Shown: piece after piece, positions 50,624 to 61,000 of the stretch | Layout of the letters: each line of letters opens with the position of its first letter | Numbering within the stretch: the first letter of the stretch is position 1 | Source: Myxococcota bacterium | GTDB taxonomy: Bacteria > Myxococcota_A > UBA9160 > UBA4427 | Length of the DNA: 64,000 nucleotides | Direction of reading: 5' to 3' | NCBI GenBank assembly: GCA_036336835.1 | Contig: JAYZFK010000034.1 | Coordinates: 32,001-96,000 of the forward strand | Translations under genes and position numbers: made by a program | The notes under the pieces: generated by a model | What the model saw: the letters and a program-made list of their open reading frames with translations, nothing else | Databases searched by the model: none | What the model was told of the DNA's origin: nothing

Positions 50624-51399
50624 GACGCGCCGCGGGCCACGCCGAACACGCGCAGTCGCCGTATCCCGCCCGTCCAGCCCACCGCCGCAACGAAGCCGTC
50701 TGGCGGCTCCGGCAACGCGAAACACCAGTCGTCGATCGTCTCGGCACCCGGGGCATCCCAGGAGCTGGCAACGAGTCTCGCGCGCGCGCCATCACTCGCA
50801 TCCACGCGGAAGCAGAAGCTTTCCGATGGCAGCTTTGCGATCGAGGTGCCGAGCGCCTTCAGATAGGCTTCCTTGCAGCACCACAGCCGAAAGAACGCAC
50901 GCTCGAACGCGGATCCCTCGAGGCCTTCGAGCGAAGCCGCCTCCTCCGGCGCAAAGAACCGGCGCGCGAGTTGACGCAGATCTCGCTCTGGCTCCACGCG
51001 CTGGAGATCGACGCCGACCCGCGCTCCGCGGACGACCGCGATCAGGGCCATCGACCCCGAGTGGCTGAGATTGAAGTCCAGACCGCGGGCATCGGCCAGC
51101 GCGGGACGACCGTATCGGCCGTAGCGGAACTCGAGCTCGTCGGGAGCCCGATCCACATAATCAGACAACACGCACCGCAGCGCGATCCGTGACGCCGCAA
51201 AGATCGGCGGCAGCCCGGGCGACCGACGCGCCGCGCGCTCTCGCTCGTCGGGGGAGAGCGTCGCGAGCTCCTCGGAGGTCACCGGGCCGAGCGCTGCCAG
51301 CCACAGGTCGAGCGCTGCATCGTCGACGCTCCAAGCATCCACGCCGGGCGGCGGAGCGCGCAGCGACCCGCTCTCGAAGGGGAGATCCACGCCCGTCAT
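50620..51399 (-). CDS. Sfp-type 4'-phosphopantetheinyl transferase
   Basis: YGRP, FNLSHS, VGVDLQ and WCCKEAYLKALG motifs. Confidence 0.92.
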   Translation of the reverse strand: MTGVDLPFESGSLRAPPPGVDAWSVDDAALDLWLAALGPVTSEELATLSPDERERAARRSPGLPPIFAASRIALRCVLSDYVDRAPDELEFRYGRYGRPALADARGLDFNLSHSGSMALIAVVRGARVGVDLQRVEPERDLRQLARRFFAPEEAASLEGLEGSAFERAFFRLWCCKEAYLKALGTSIAKLPSESFCFRVDASDGARARLVASSWDAPGAETIDDWCFALPEPPDGFVAAVGWTGGIRRLRVFGVARGAS

Positions 51400-51470
51400 C
51401 GAACCGCAGCTTGCGGTACGGAGCAAACCCGCGACCCGGAACAGGCCGTGAGTCCGGTATCCTGCCACCC

Positions 51471-52619
51471 GTGCGGGTCCGGCTGATCGACCTCGAACCC
51501 CGGCTGCGCGCCGTGCGGCCCCAGCTCGACGCGGCGATCGCGCGTGTCCTCGATCGCGGCCGCTTCGTGCTGGGCGAAGAGGGCGAGCGCTTCGAGTCGG
51601 CATTTGCCGCGCTCACGGGGGCGGAGCATGCGATCGGCTGTGCCTCGGGCTCCGACGCCCTGCTGTTGTCGCTGCTCTCGCTCGGAATCGGCCCAGGCGA
51701 TCAAGTGATCGTGCCCTCGCTCACGTTCGTGTCCAGCGCGACAGCAGTCACGCGACTGGGTGCGGAGGTGGTCTTCGCGGATATCGACGGCGAGAGCCTC
51801 ACCCTCGATCCGGCGAGCGTGGCCGAGGCGGCGGCGCTCTGCACGAGGCTACGCGCGATCGTGCCCGTCCACCTGTTCGGTCGCTGCGCCGAAGGAGACG
51901 CCCTGCGCGCAGTCGCCGAACGAAGCGGCGCCACACTCGTCTACGATGCCGCCCAGGCGGTGGGGTCTCGCGACGAGAAGGGAGCGCCGCCAGGGGCGAG
52001 CGGCGAGCTCACGACCTTCAGCTTCTACCCAACCAAGAACCTCGGCGCGCTGGGCGATGCGGGAGCCGTCACGACGAGTGACTCCGCGCACGCGGCGCGT
52101 CTGCGGGCTTTGCGCGTCCATGGTGCGGGACAGCCCGATCACCGACCGGGCGTCGGAATCAACTCGCGGCTCGACGAGCTCCAGGCCGCAGCATTGCTCG
52201 TCCTGCTCCCCGGACTCGAACAGGACGTGGTTCGACGCAATGACGGCGCCGACGACTACGACGCCCGCTTCGCCGCGGCCGCGGCCGACGAACTCGGTCT
52301 GCGGACACCGCGACGGCCCGGCCCGGGCGCTCGTCATGCGTTCCATCAGTACGTGATCCGGGTGCCCGCACACCGACGCGACGCGCTGGCGGCCGCACTG
52401 GCCCATGCTGGAATCGAAACCGCTCGCTACTACCGTGTCCCGCTGCACCGGCAGCCGGCGTTCCAGGCGCGACGCGTTCTCGACGCACCACTCGCGGAGA
52501 CGGAGAGAGTCGCACGCGAGCTACTCGCACTACCCGTCCACGCCGGCGTTGGCGACGCCGAGCGCCACCACGTCGTCACCACCGCGACCGATTGCCTGCG
52601 CCGCACCGCGACGGGCTAG
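51471..52619 (+). CDS. DegT/DnrJ/EryC1/StrS family PLP sugar aminotransferase
   Basis: SGSDAL, PVHLFG, DAAQA, FSFYPTKNLG and NSRLDELQAA motifs. Confidence 0.93.
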   Translation: MRVRLIDLEPRLRAVRPQLDAAIARVLDRGRFVLGEEGERFESAFAALTGAEHAIGCASGSDALLLSLLSLGIGPGDQVIVPSLTFVSSATAVTRLGAEVVFADIDGESLTLDPASVAEAAALCTRLRAIVPVHLFGRCAEGDALRAVAERSGATLVYDAAQAVGSRDEKGAPPGASGELTTFSFYPTKNLGALGDAGAVTTSDSAHAARLRALRVHGAGQPDHRPGVGINSRLDELQAAALLVLLPGLEQDVVRRNDGADDYDARFAAAAADELGLRTPRRPGPGARHAFHQYVIRVPAHRRDALAAALAHAGIETARYYRVPLHRQPAFQARRVLDAPLAETERVARELLALPVHAGVGDAERHHVVTTATDCLRRTATG

Positions 52620-52713
52620 CCGGCTGCTCCTGCTAGCGTCTTGCGGAGCCCGGAGGATCTCGAGGCGTGGGTGAACGAGGGCTACGAAGCCGTCTGACTC
52701 ACACGGGGACCGC

Positions 52714-55353
52714 GTGAAGCTGAGCACCGAAGAGGGGCGCCGCAACGCCGAGCGTCGGCGGCGAGCGAGACGGCTGCGCAGACGACGAGCCCTGCGGATA
52801 GGCGCAGTGGCGGCCACTGTCCTCGCGCTGGTCGCGACCCTCGGCTCGAGCCTGGGCGGCGGCGCGGATGGCGGGCCCGGCCTGCGCGGCTGGGCATCGG
52901 CCGCGCGCAACTTCGCTCGCGCGCAGCTGACGACGGCACCGATCGATTTGCTGCGCATCGATATCAAGTTCAAGCACCTGCACCGGATTCATCTCAAACG
53001 CGACGAGGCACTCGCCCGCGGCATGCTGATCGCGGAGGACGAGGATTTCGTGGTGGGCTCGGTTGCGCATAGTGGGGCAAGCGTTCCGGTCCGCCTGCGC
53101 CTGATCGGCCCCGAACTCGAGCATCTCGAGCGTGACCCGTGGTCGCTCGAGATCCGCGTGCAGGGCGACGCGCACATCGAGGGGATGCGTCGCTTCGCGC
53201 TGCACGCACCCGAGGCTGCGGGCGGAGTCCTCCCGCTCGTCGCAGCCGAACAGCTCGAACGGGCCGGACTCGCCGCGCCGCGAACGTCGTTGGTCGAGGT
53301 AGCGGTCAACGGCGACGAGCTCGGGCTGGCCGTGCTCATCGAGCTTCCGTCGCTCGAGCTGCTGCAAGCGCGGGGCTTCGGAGAATCGCCCGTCGTACAC
53401 CTCGATTCGCGCGCCTACTGGAAGGCATCCGCCGACAACGGCCGTCCCGGACCCTTCGACAACCCGTTCACCGCGTCGATCGTCGCGAACCGGGATGGCG
53501 ATGACACTGCGACCGCCACCGCAATCGGGCTGCTTCGCGGGTTCCTCGACGGCGCGCTCTCGACGAGCCAGGTCTTCGACCTCGACGCCACGGCGCGCTG
53601 GCTGGCGGCGGTCGAGCTCTGGGGCGACGCCAGCTGCGTTCACTGGACCCGGGCGCACTTCTTCCTCGATTCGCTGACGGCCAGGCTCGCTCCCATTCCG
53701 GCCCTGCCGACTCGACGACAGCCGTTGCGACGGGATCCGTCCGAACCCCGCGGCGAGCTGCTCACCGCGCGCAGTGAGCTCGGGGCGCGACTGCTCTCGG
53801 ACGACGAGTTACGCCATCGGCTGGCGGGCGAGCTGCGTGCGCTGGCCGGCCAGCTCGACACCACAGACGGGTCCGCAAGCCTGCAGAGCGTGCTCGAACG
53901 ACGCCAGGAGCAGGCGCTGCTGCGGCTCCACCGCTCTGCCCCCTTCGCGCGCGCCATTCGCCTCTCCGCACGCGTAGAGCGACTCGCCTCGCTCACGGAC
54001 ATCGATGCGGAGCGCGACACCTGGTTTGCCCCCAGCCTGGCTCGCGGCGAGCTGTCGCTGCCCAGCATCGTCGCCGCCTACGCACGAAGCGATGACCAGG
54101 GCGCGTACCTCGATCTCCACAACCTGCTCCCAGTTCCGGTGTGGGTGTCGACACTGCGCCACGACGACGGCGATGGCAGCGAGGGCACGCCGGTGACCCT
54201 CTCATCGCGCGTGATCTTTCCGATCCGGCTCGAACCGACGCCGGTCGGCCAACCCGCGCAGCCGGTGCGGGTGCGCTATCGCCAGCCCAACGCCGCCGCG
54301 GTCTCCGAGACGATCCGCGGGGTCGCGCGAATAGCCGGCGACCACCGCGTGTTCGTCTTCCTCGCCAGCAGCGCGCCGGCGGCTCTGCTCGCCCACCCGA
54401 TTCCGACCGCCACGCTGGACCAGGTGCTGGCACAGCACCCTTTCCTGCATCGCGAGCCCGGCGACCTCGCGCTCCACACGCAGCCCGGTCGCTTCGAGGT
54501 GAGCGGCTCACTGGTGATGCCACCGGCCATGGCGCTGGTCATCGAGCCGGGAACCGAGCTGGTATTCGGCGCTCGCGGCGCGCTGATCAGCAGCGGGCCG
54601 CTCGATCTCCGCGGCACCGTCGACGAGCCGGTGGTCCTGCGCGGCGCGGACGGTCGACGCGGACCTCGCTGGCAGGGGCTCGTCTTGCTGCAATCGTCCC
54701 GGCCATCGACCTGGTCGCACGTCGACATCCGGCACACGACGGGCGTCGAACGACGCGGTTGGCGGCTTCCGGCCGGCGTGACGATCCGGCGAGCGACGGT
54801 CCGGCTCGATTCGGTCCGAATCACCGGGAGCCGAGCGGACGCGGCACTCGCGGCCATCGACGCGGAGCTCGACGCCTCCGGTCTCACGATCGAGGAGAGC
54901 GCCGGAACGGCGCTGGCGCTCCGCACCACGCGTGCTCAGCTGCGGGGACTCACGCTGGTCGGCACCGGACGCCACGGCTTGGCGGTCCACGGCTCGCAGG
55001 TCGCGCTGAGCGGCGGCTCAATGCGCCGGATCCACGCGTCCGCGCTCGAGGCCGCCGATGCCAGCCAACTCGAGGCCGAGGGTGTCGAGATCGACGGTGC
55101 CAGCATCGCCGCCTCCTCCAGGAACGGCTCTCACCTCAAGCTGAGTGGGGCCCAGATCCGTGGAATCGCTCATGTTCCGTTCCTGGCCTTCACGGACCGC
55201 CCCGAGCTCGGCGGCGGCGAGATCGAGGCCCGGGACAACCAGATCGAGACGCAGCAGCCCATCGCGATCGCGCAGCGCGGCAGTCGTGCCGTAATCGACG
55301 GCAGCGAGACCGAGCCGGTCGATGCGGCCATCGGTGAGCTTCGCTTCGACTGA
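52714..55353 (+). CDS. Membrane-anchored CotH-like (degenerate) kinase domain + right-handed beta-helix protein
   Basis: Arg-rich N-terminus and TM helix; VRLRLIG...WSLEI, G...P and VNG..LG...IE are CotH-like; C-terminal LVIEPGT..F...GT..EPV..W.G followed by beta-helix repeats. Confidence 0.7.
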   Translation: MKLSTEEGRRNAERRRRARRLRRRRALRIGAVAATVLALVATLGSSLGGGADGGPGLRGWASAARNFARAQLTTAPIDLLRIDIKFKHLHRIHLKRDEALARGMLIAEDEDFVVGSVAHSGASVPVRLRLIGPELEHLERDPWSLEIRVQGDAHIEGMRRFALHAPEAAGGVLPLVAAEQLERAGLAAPRTSLVEVAVNGDELGLAVLIELPSLELLQARGFGESPVVHLDSRAYWKASADNGRPGPFDNPFTASIVANRDGDDTATATAIGLLRGFLDGALSTSQVFDLDATARWLAAVELWGDASCVHWTRAHFFLDSLTARLAPIPALPTRRQPLRRDPSEPRGELLTARSELGARLLSDDELRHRLAGELRALAGQLDTTDGSASLQSVLERRQEQALLRLHRSAPFARAIRLSARVERLASLTDIDAERDTWFAPSLARGELSLPSIVAAYARSDDQGAYLDLHNLLPVPVWVSTLRHDDGDGSEGTPVTLSSRVIFPIRLEPTPVGQPAQPVRVRYRQPNAAAVSETIRGVARIAGDHRVFVFLASSAPAALLAHPIPTATLDQVLAQHPFLHREPGDLALHTQPGRFEVSGSLVMPPAMALVIEPGTELVFGARGALISSGPLDLRGTVDEPVVLRGADGRRGPRWQGLVLLQSSRPSTWSHVDIRHTTGVERRGWRLPAGVTIRRATVRLDSVRITGSRADAALAAIDAELDASGLTIEESAGTALALRTTRAQLRGLTLVGTGRHGLAVHGSQVALSGGSMRRIHASALEAADASQLEAEGVEIDGASIAASSRNGSHLKLSGAQIRGIAHVPFLAFTDRPELGGGEIEARDNQIETQQPIAIAQRGSRAVIDGSETEPVDAAIGELRFD

Positions 55354-55723
55354 TGCTCAGCGCTCGCGACCGTTGGCCCAGCGCATCGACTGACCAAGAG
55401 TTATCTCGCTGGGGGCTGTACCCCGCGACTGACTGACTACGAGTCATCCCGCCGCGGCCGTGGAAATGGAAATCCACCAGCAAAATCCCTATAAGATGGG
55501 CTCCCGTCGCCTCGGAGGCGGGGTCCCCTCAGGCGTCAGGCCGTGGATGCTTCGTTGAGTTCGTCGGTGGTGTCGCTCACGACGTAGCAGCGGTGAACGG
55601 AACGCGTGTCGAGAGACCCGATGCGCCCGGCCGCACCGAATCCGCGGCACACGAGCCGGGTCCAAGGGCGAAGGCGCCCGGAGTGATCGCTCCGGGTTAC
55701 ACAAGAGAGAGACGATCACGGGA

Positions 55724-57982
55724 ATGACGACTTCGAACAGTATGCTTCGCCGACCGGTGGCCTTGAACGCCATCGCGTGGTCGATGATCGGTCTGTTCGC
55801 GGCCTTCGTATTCTCGCGCTCACACACCGCGATCGCCGAGTGGCTCGAGCCCGTCCGGGCCGAGATCCCGGGCTGGCCGGTCGTCAGCCTGGGAGTTCCC
55901 GCGAACGATCCGCTCCCCGAGTATCATCTCGTCGTCGCCCCCGAGGTGCTGCGCGCGGCCCGCCTGATGCTCCCGAGCCAGCCGGCCGCGGCAGCGGATC
56001 ACTGGTGGTTCCCCGCTCGCCTGCTGGCTGACTCGACGCCCTACGAAGTCGAGGCCCAGATCGTGGTACAGCCCCGAATCGGCGAAGGGCTGCGACTGCG
56101 CTTCCGCGGGCGAGAACGACCGCTGGGCGCGCGGGCGCTGGAATTCCAGCCGGCCAGCCCCGAGCGCGACATCCTCGACCAGGTCGCGCGCGAGGCCGCC
56201 GCCGAGATCGGTCTGCTCGCCGCGCCGGGCGGCTTCGCACACCTGCGCATCAACGGCGGTAACCCCGGGCTCGTCCACTGGCGCGAGGGAAACAGCACGG
56301 CCATGTTGCAGCGCCTGGGCCTCCCGCCCGGGGCCATCTTCCGCGCGACGACCAACTCCGCCCGCGGTCATGCGGACAGGCACCTGCCCCGAGAGTACGT
56401 CGCGGCATCTCCTGGCCGCACGCGACGCGCACACGCGGACGCGCTCGCGCGCTTCGTCGAGCTCGTGCGCAACGCCGACGACGAACGCTTCCGCGGCGAG
56501 ATCGCGAACGTCGTCGATGTCGATCAGGTGCTGGCCTGGAACGCGATCGCACTGTTCTTCTCGGATCCGGCGGGCGGTGACACCGCCCTGCCCGACGCGC
56601 CCGACTGGTACTTCGATACGATCAGCGGACTGCTGCGACCGATCATCCGCAGTCTCGTCGCTACGCCGGTCGAGCGAGCGCTGCCGCGCGACGCACAGCA
56701 GCTCGTCAGCCGGCTACTAGAAGCCCCGGCGTTCCGCGCGCAGCGCGACGCGCTGCTGCGCAGCTGGGTCGGTGTAACGCGCTCGGAGCGGCTCGAGGCT
56801 GCCGATGAGCGCCTCGGCGTGTGGGCTTCCACGCTTGCCGCGAGCGGCGCGCCGTTCGCGCGGATTGCCGAACTCGCACGGCTCGCGGAGCTACGGCGAT
56901 CGGTGCGCCACGCGATGGACACGAGGGTGGCGGCACTCCGGCGGCTGGTCGGCCCCGGCTCACCGCCCGCAACGCGCGCGGTACTCGCATCGGCATCGCA
57001 AGGGACATCCTCGCCCCAGACGATCACGGACTGGGCCGAGCACACCGGACTGGCACTGCGCATCGAGGGCGATGCGGTGGTGGTACCGGCCGGAACGCAT
57101 CACATCGGGAGCACACTCGTCGTTCCCCAGACACACCGGCTCGTGATCGAGCCCGGCGCGCGTCTGGTGATGGCACCCGACGCGAGCGTGCTGACCTTTC
57201 GGCGCCTCGAAGCGGTCGGCACCCGCAAGTCCCCCATCGAGATCCGTGCGCTCGATCCCAGCGAGCCCTGGGGATCGATCGGTGTGGCCCGCGCTCCCGG
57301 GAGATCGGAGCTCGCCTATGTCACGGTGTCAGGCGGCTCGAACGCGCGGCTCGCCGGCATCGAGTTCACCGGTGACCTCGCCTTCCACGCAAGCGACGTG
57401 GTAATCCGCGACTGCGATGTGCGCGATGGCCACGGCGACGACGCCATGAGCGTGCGCCGCGGATCCTTCCACGTCACGCGAACGCGCTTCATCGACAGCG
57501 CATCGGACGGCTTCGATGCCGAGTGGTCGCGGGGCTCGATCGAGCAGAGCCTGTTCGCAAACAACGGTGACGACGGACTCGACCTCGCCACCTCGGAGGT
57601 CCGGGTACACCGCAGCTGGTTCCGGCGGATGGGCGACAAGGCGATCAGCGCCGGCGAGCGCAGCCGGGTCACGATCAGCGACTCTCGCCTCGTCGACTCG
57701 CAGATCGCGATCGCTGCGAAGGAAGACTCACGGGTCGAGATCGAGGGCAGCGAGTTCCGTCGCAACGAGATCGGCATCTCTCTCTACCGCGACAATCGCG
57801 TCTTCGGCAGCGGCTACGGCACCATCAGCGGCGGGCTATTCGCCGAGAACCTGCGCGACTTTGCTGTCGAAACAGGCTCCGGACTCACGCTCAACGGAGT
57901 GGAGCGCCGCGAGAGCGATGCGTCCGGCATCGTGATCGGCTCGCGCGACACCTCGGGCTCGATGCCCTCCGCGCTCCAGTAG
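55724..57982 (+). CDS. Exported CotH-like (degenerate) kinase domain + right-handed beta-helix protein
   Basis: N-terminal TM helix; LRING...G....E and VDVDQ are CotH-like; LVIEPGA, GDDA, SDGFD, GDDGLD, GDKAISAGE and IAAKE beta-helix repeats. Confidence 0.75.
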   Translation: MTTSNSMLRRPVALNAIAWSMIGLFAAFVFSRSHTAIAEWLEPVRAEIPGWPVVSLGVPANDPLPEYHLVVAPEVLRAARLMLPSQPAAAADHWWFPARLLADSTPYEVEAQIVVQPRIGEGLRLRFRGRERPLGARALEFQPASPERDILDQVAREAAAEIGLLAAPGGFAHLRINGGNPGLVHWREGNSTAMLQRLGLPPGAIFRATTNSARGHADRHLPREYVAASPGRTRRAHADALARFVELVRNADDERFRGEIANVVDVDQVLAWNAIALFFSDPAGGDTALPDAPDWYFDTISGLLRPIIRSLVATPVERALPRDAQQLVSRLLEAPAFRAQRDALLRSWVGVTRSERLEAADERLGVWASTLAASGAPFARIAELARLAELRRSVRHAMDTRVAALRRLVGPGSPPATRAVLASASQGTSSPQTITDWAEHTGLALRIEGDAVVVPAGTHHIGSTLVVPQTHRLVIEPGARLVMAPDASVLTFRRLEAVGTRKSPIEIRALDPSEPWGSIGVARAPGRSELAYVTVSGGSNARLAGIEFTGDLAFHASDVVIRDCDVRDGHGDDAMSVRRGSFHVTRTRFIDSASDGFDAEWSRGSIEQSLFANNGDDGLDLATSEVRVHRSWFRRMGDKAISAGERSRVTISDSRLVDSQIAIAAKEDSRVEIEGSEFRRNEIGISLYRDNRVFGSGYGTISGGLFAENLRDFAVETGSGLTLNGVERRESDASGIVIGSRDTSGSMPSALQ

Positions 57983-58011
57983 CCGTATCGGGGCTACGCT
58001 TCCGGCCGCTG

Positions 58012-61000
58012 ATGCAGCCGTCCCCCTCCTGTTGCCCCGCGCCCCGACACCTCGCTGTGCTGGCGGTCCAGTGCATCTGCCTGCTCGCCAGCGCGCCGCG
58101 CGCCGGGGCTGAGAAGCCACTGCCATTCCCAGCCGACTGGCAAGCCACGGTCGAAGAAACGTTCTTCGAGGGGGGCCAGATCTCGACGGCGAAGCTCGCC
58201 ACCTACCGGTTACAGCTCGAACAACGCCGGCGCGAGGCGACGCAGGTCCTGGTTGCCGACTACCGCGACCGCGGCAAGAGCAACAAGGCAATCCGCAAGC
58301 GGTTGCGGCGAAAGAAGCTGCTCGTCGTCTACGGGCTGGTGCTCGGCGACACTGGACAGCTCGGAATGCTCGATCAGCTCCGCGACGAGCCAGACCCGTC
58401 GAATGCTCGACTACTCGCATCGCAGATCCTCGAGATCGACTACGCGTTGCTCGTCCAGGGCGAGCGCCCGAGCAGCCTCAATATCATCTCCTCCCTGTCG
58501 TGGGCCGCTCTGTGGCAATGGGTCGTCGAGGCCTCCTCGCTCGCCGACCAGGCCGATCGCGAGGCCAGCAACCTGTTTGATCCCGAAACGGGCATGTACT
58601 ACACGCCCGAGGACCTGCGAGCGATGATCGAAGCCGGGGAGGACATCTCCGCCCTCCAGCCCCCACCCGATTCGAGCTTCTGGCGGTCGGGCACACCCAT
58701 CGCGCAGCGTTCGGTACGGAAGATGTTCTACGGCGGCGGTGCCGCACTCCACGCGAATCGCGAAGCGGACTTTCCGCTGCAGAGAGCGCGGCTGGACAAG
58801 ATTCGTCTATCGCAGACCAAGCCCAAGTTCCAGCTCGAAGTCCAGGACGGAGACTCGCGAAGGACCTTCAAGCTCAAGGTCGGCGGAGAGATCCACTCCG
58901 AGCCCACCGTCAACGCGCTGCTTGCAACCCTCGGATTCAACGTCGACCTGACCCACTACATCCGAGACTTTCGACTCGACCTCGACGACCAGACCTCGGT
59001 CGAGGATTTGCGCCACGATTGGCGCTCGTACTTCGAAAACCGCCGAACACACAACCGCTTTGCCTTCGACGACTACTTCGTCGAAGGCGAGGACGAGGCG
59101 GGGCGCTATCTGCTCGTGCGAGAAGGCGTCCTCGAGTGGAAGCCGCCCGAGATCATCCGGATCGGCCCATGGCCGTTCGGCGGCAACGGCAACGAGGGCC
59201 TTCGCGAGGTGCGAGGGCTCGGGCTGTTCAGCATCTGGGTGGGCAATACCGACCTGAAAGAGGCCGAGAACAACAAGCTCGCGATGCGCACGGACGAGCC
59301 GCTCGGATCCGGCTTCTATCACGTCCACCACGATCTCGGGCACTCGCTGGGCCGCATGATCCGCGAGCAGATCGAAGCCTTCCCCTGGGATCTCGTCGAC
59401 CGCACCCCCAGCGGTCGGATCAAGTTCAACTACCACAGCGTCCAGCCCAGCTCGCTGCGCGGCATGATCACCTGGGCGGACGCGCGCTGGATGACGAGGC
59501 AAATTGCGCAGCTCACGAAGCGCCAGATCGCACAAACTGTGGCAATCGGACGATGGCCGCGGGCGGCGGGGCAGCTGCTGACCGAGAAGCTCGCGAGCCG
59601 ACGCAACCAGCTGGTAATCGCCTTCGACCTGCTCGGCGAGCAGACCCCGTCGGGCTCCATCGACCTGCTTCCCGTCGACCGGAACCTCACGACCGACGAC
59701 GGCGCCGTGCGCGACGGCAAGCTCGTGACCGGTCGCTTCGAGGGATCGACGCAGGAATTCGACAACTACTGGGAGGAGATGCTCGGCCCCGTCTGGGACC
59801 GTGCGCTCCTGTTCGTGATGGCGCAGGTTCAGCGCACCGTCGGCTCGGTGCCCGAGATCGTGTTCGACGAACGCTCGGTCGGTTTCCCAAAGGGCCTGAT
59901 CCTTGAGCTACTCGTCAACTTCAAGCGGACGACTGCAGAGAACTCAAGCCCGACCAGTGCCCGGGACTACTACGTCACGAACGACTCGTTTCTGCTGGGC
60001 GCTCGGCTTGGCGGCGGCTTCGTGGCGCGCGGCGAGGTGGCCTATTACCGCAGATACTCGTTGATCTCGCCGGCCGGTACCCAGGGCGAGGCGCAGTACG
60101 CGGACAACACGATCTTCAACCTGCTCCTGCCCTGGAAGATCCACAAGGGTGAGTTTCCGGAGGAGTATGTGATGGTGCGTGAAGACTTCCTCGAGGTCCG
60201 AACACGCGTGATCACAGACGACATCAGCGGTGGATCGGCCGTGGCCGGCGCCCAGGTGACCGCGGCGCGGGTGCGACTGTCGCGGGACGTCGTGTCCGTC
60301 CGGAAGGACCGGACACGCGCCTATCACGATGTCAGCGTGTTCGACGAGACCGGGTTCCGCGCGTTCCTCAAGGCGGTGTTCGTGCGCATTCCGCTCGCCA
60401 CCTATTCGAGCCGCTGGGGCAAGCGCCGCGGCGACCTGTACGACCTGAGCGACGCACTCGCGGAGCATCCCGAAGCGGCCCGGTCGGCCCTGGCTGCGTT
60501 CATCCGCAGCGGCGACATGGCGGGGCTCGATGCTGTCGCGGACCGCACCGAAATCCAGACCGAGTTCCAGTACCGTACGCAGGAGATCGGCCTGCTCGAT
60601 TTCGTCTCGGGCAAAGAAGGCACCGAGCGCGAGGAGGTCGTGCTACGCGACCCGCTCTCCGAACAGCCGCCGCTCGACTCGTTTCGACAGATCCAGGTCT
60701 TCCGGCGCAACTTCTGGAAGCTGATCGACTTCCGGGAGACCTATCGCTGGAACGTACAGACGGTGACGACGATCGACGCCGAGCAGCCCCCGCCGATCCT
60801 GCTCCGGTTCGTCGACAGCGACGTCGACACCTGGTCGTCCGAACTCGGCGGCGACTACATCGGCTTCATCAACGAGATTGCGGGCGCAGGCGGATCGGAA
60901 TCGGGTCACCGCGATGCGATCGCCTTCACGCCCGAGCTCCACAGCGCCAATCGACGCTGGGGCCACATACACTCGACGGTCGAGATCGGCTTCAGCAAGA

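Noticed and set aside
52714..52860. Tat signal in the Arg-rich N-terminus
   Set aside because: There are many Arg residues but no clear S/T-R-R-x-F-L-K consensus. It is equally explained as a positive-inside membrane anchor.
55560..55720. Assignment to a c-di-GMP or c-di-AMP riboswitch family
   Set aside because: There is only fragmentary resemblance (e.g. CCGAATCC), and I could not match the conserved cores. It is kept only as an unassigned structured leader.
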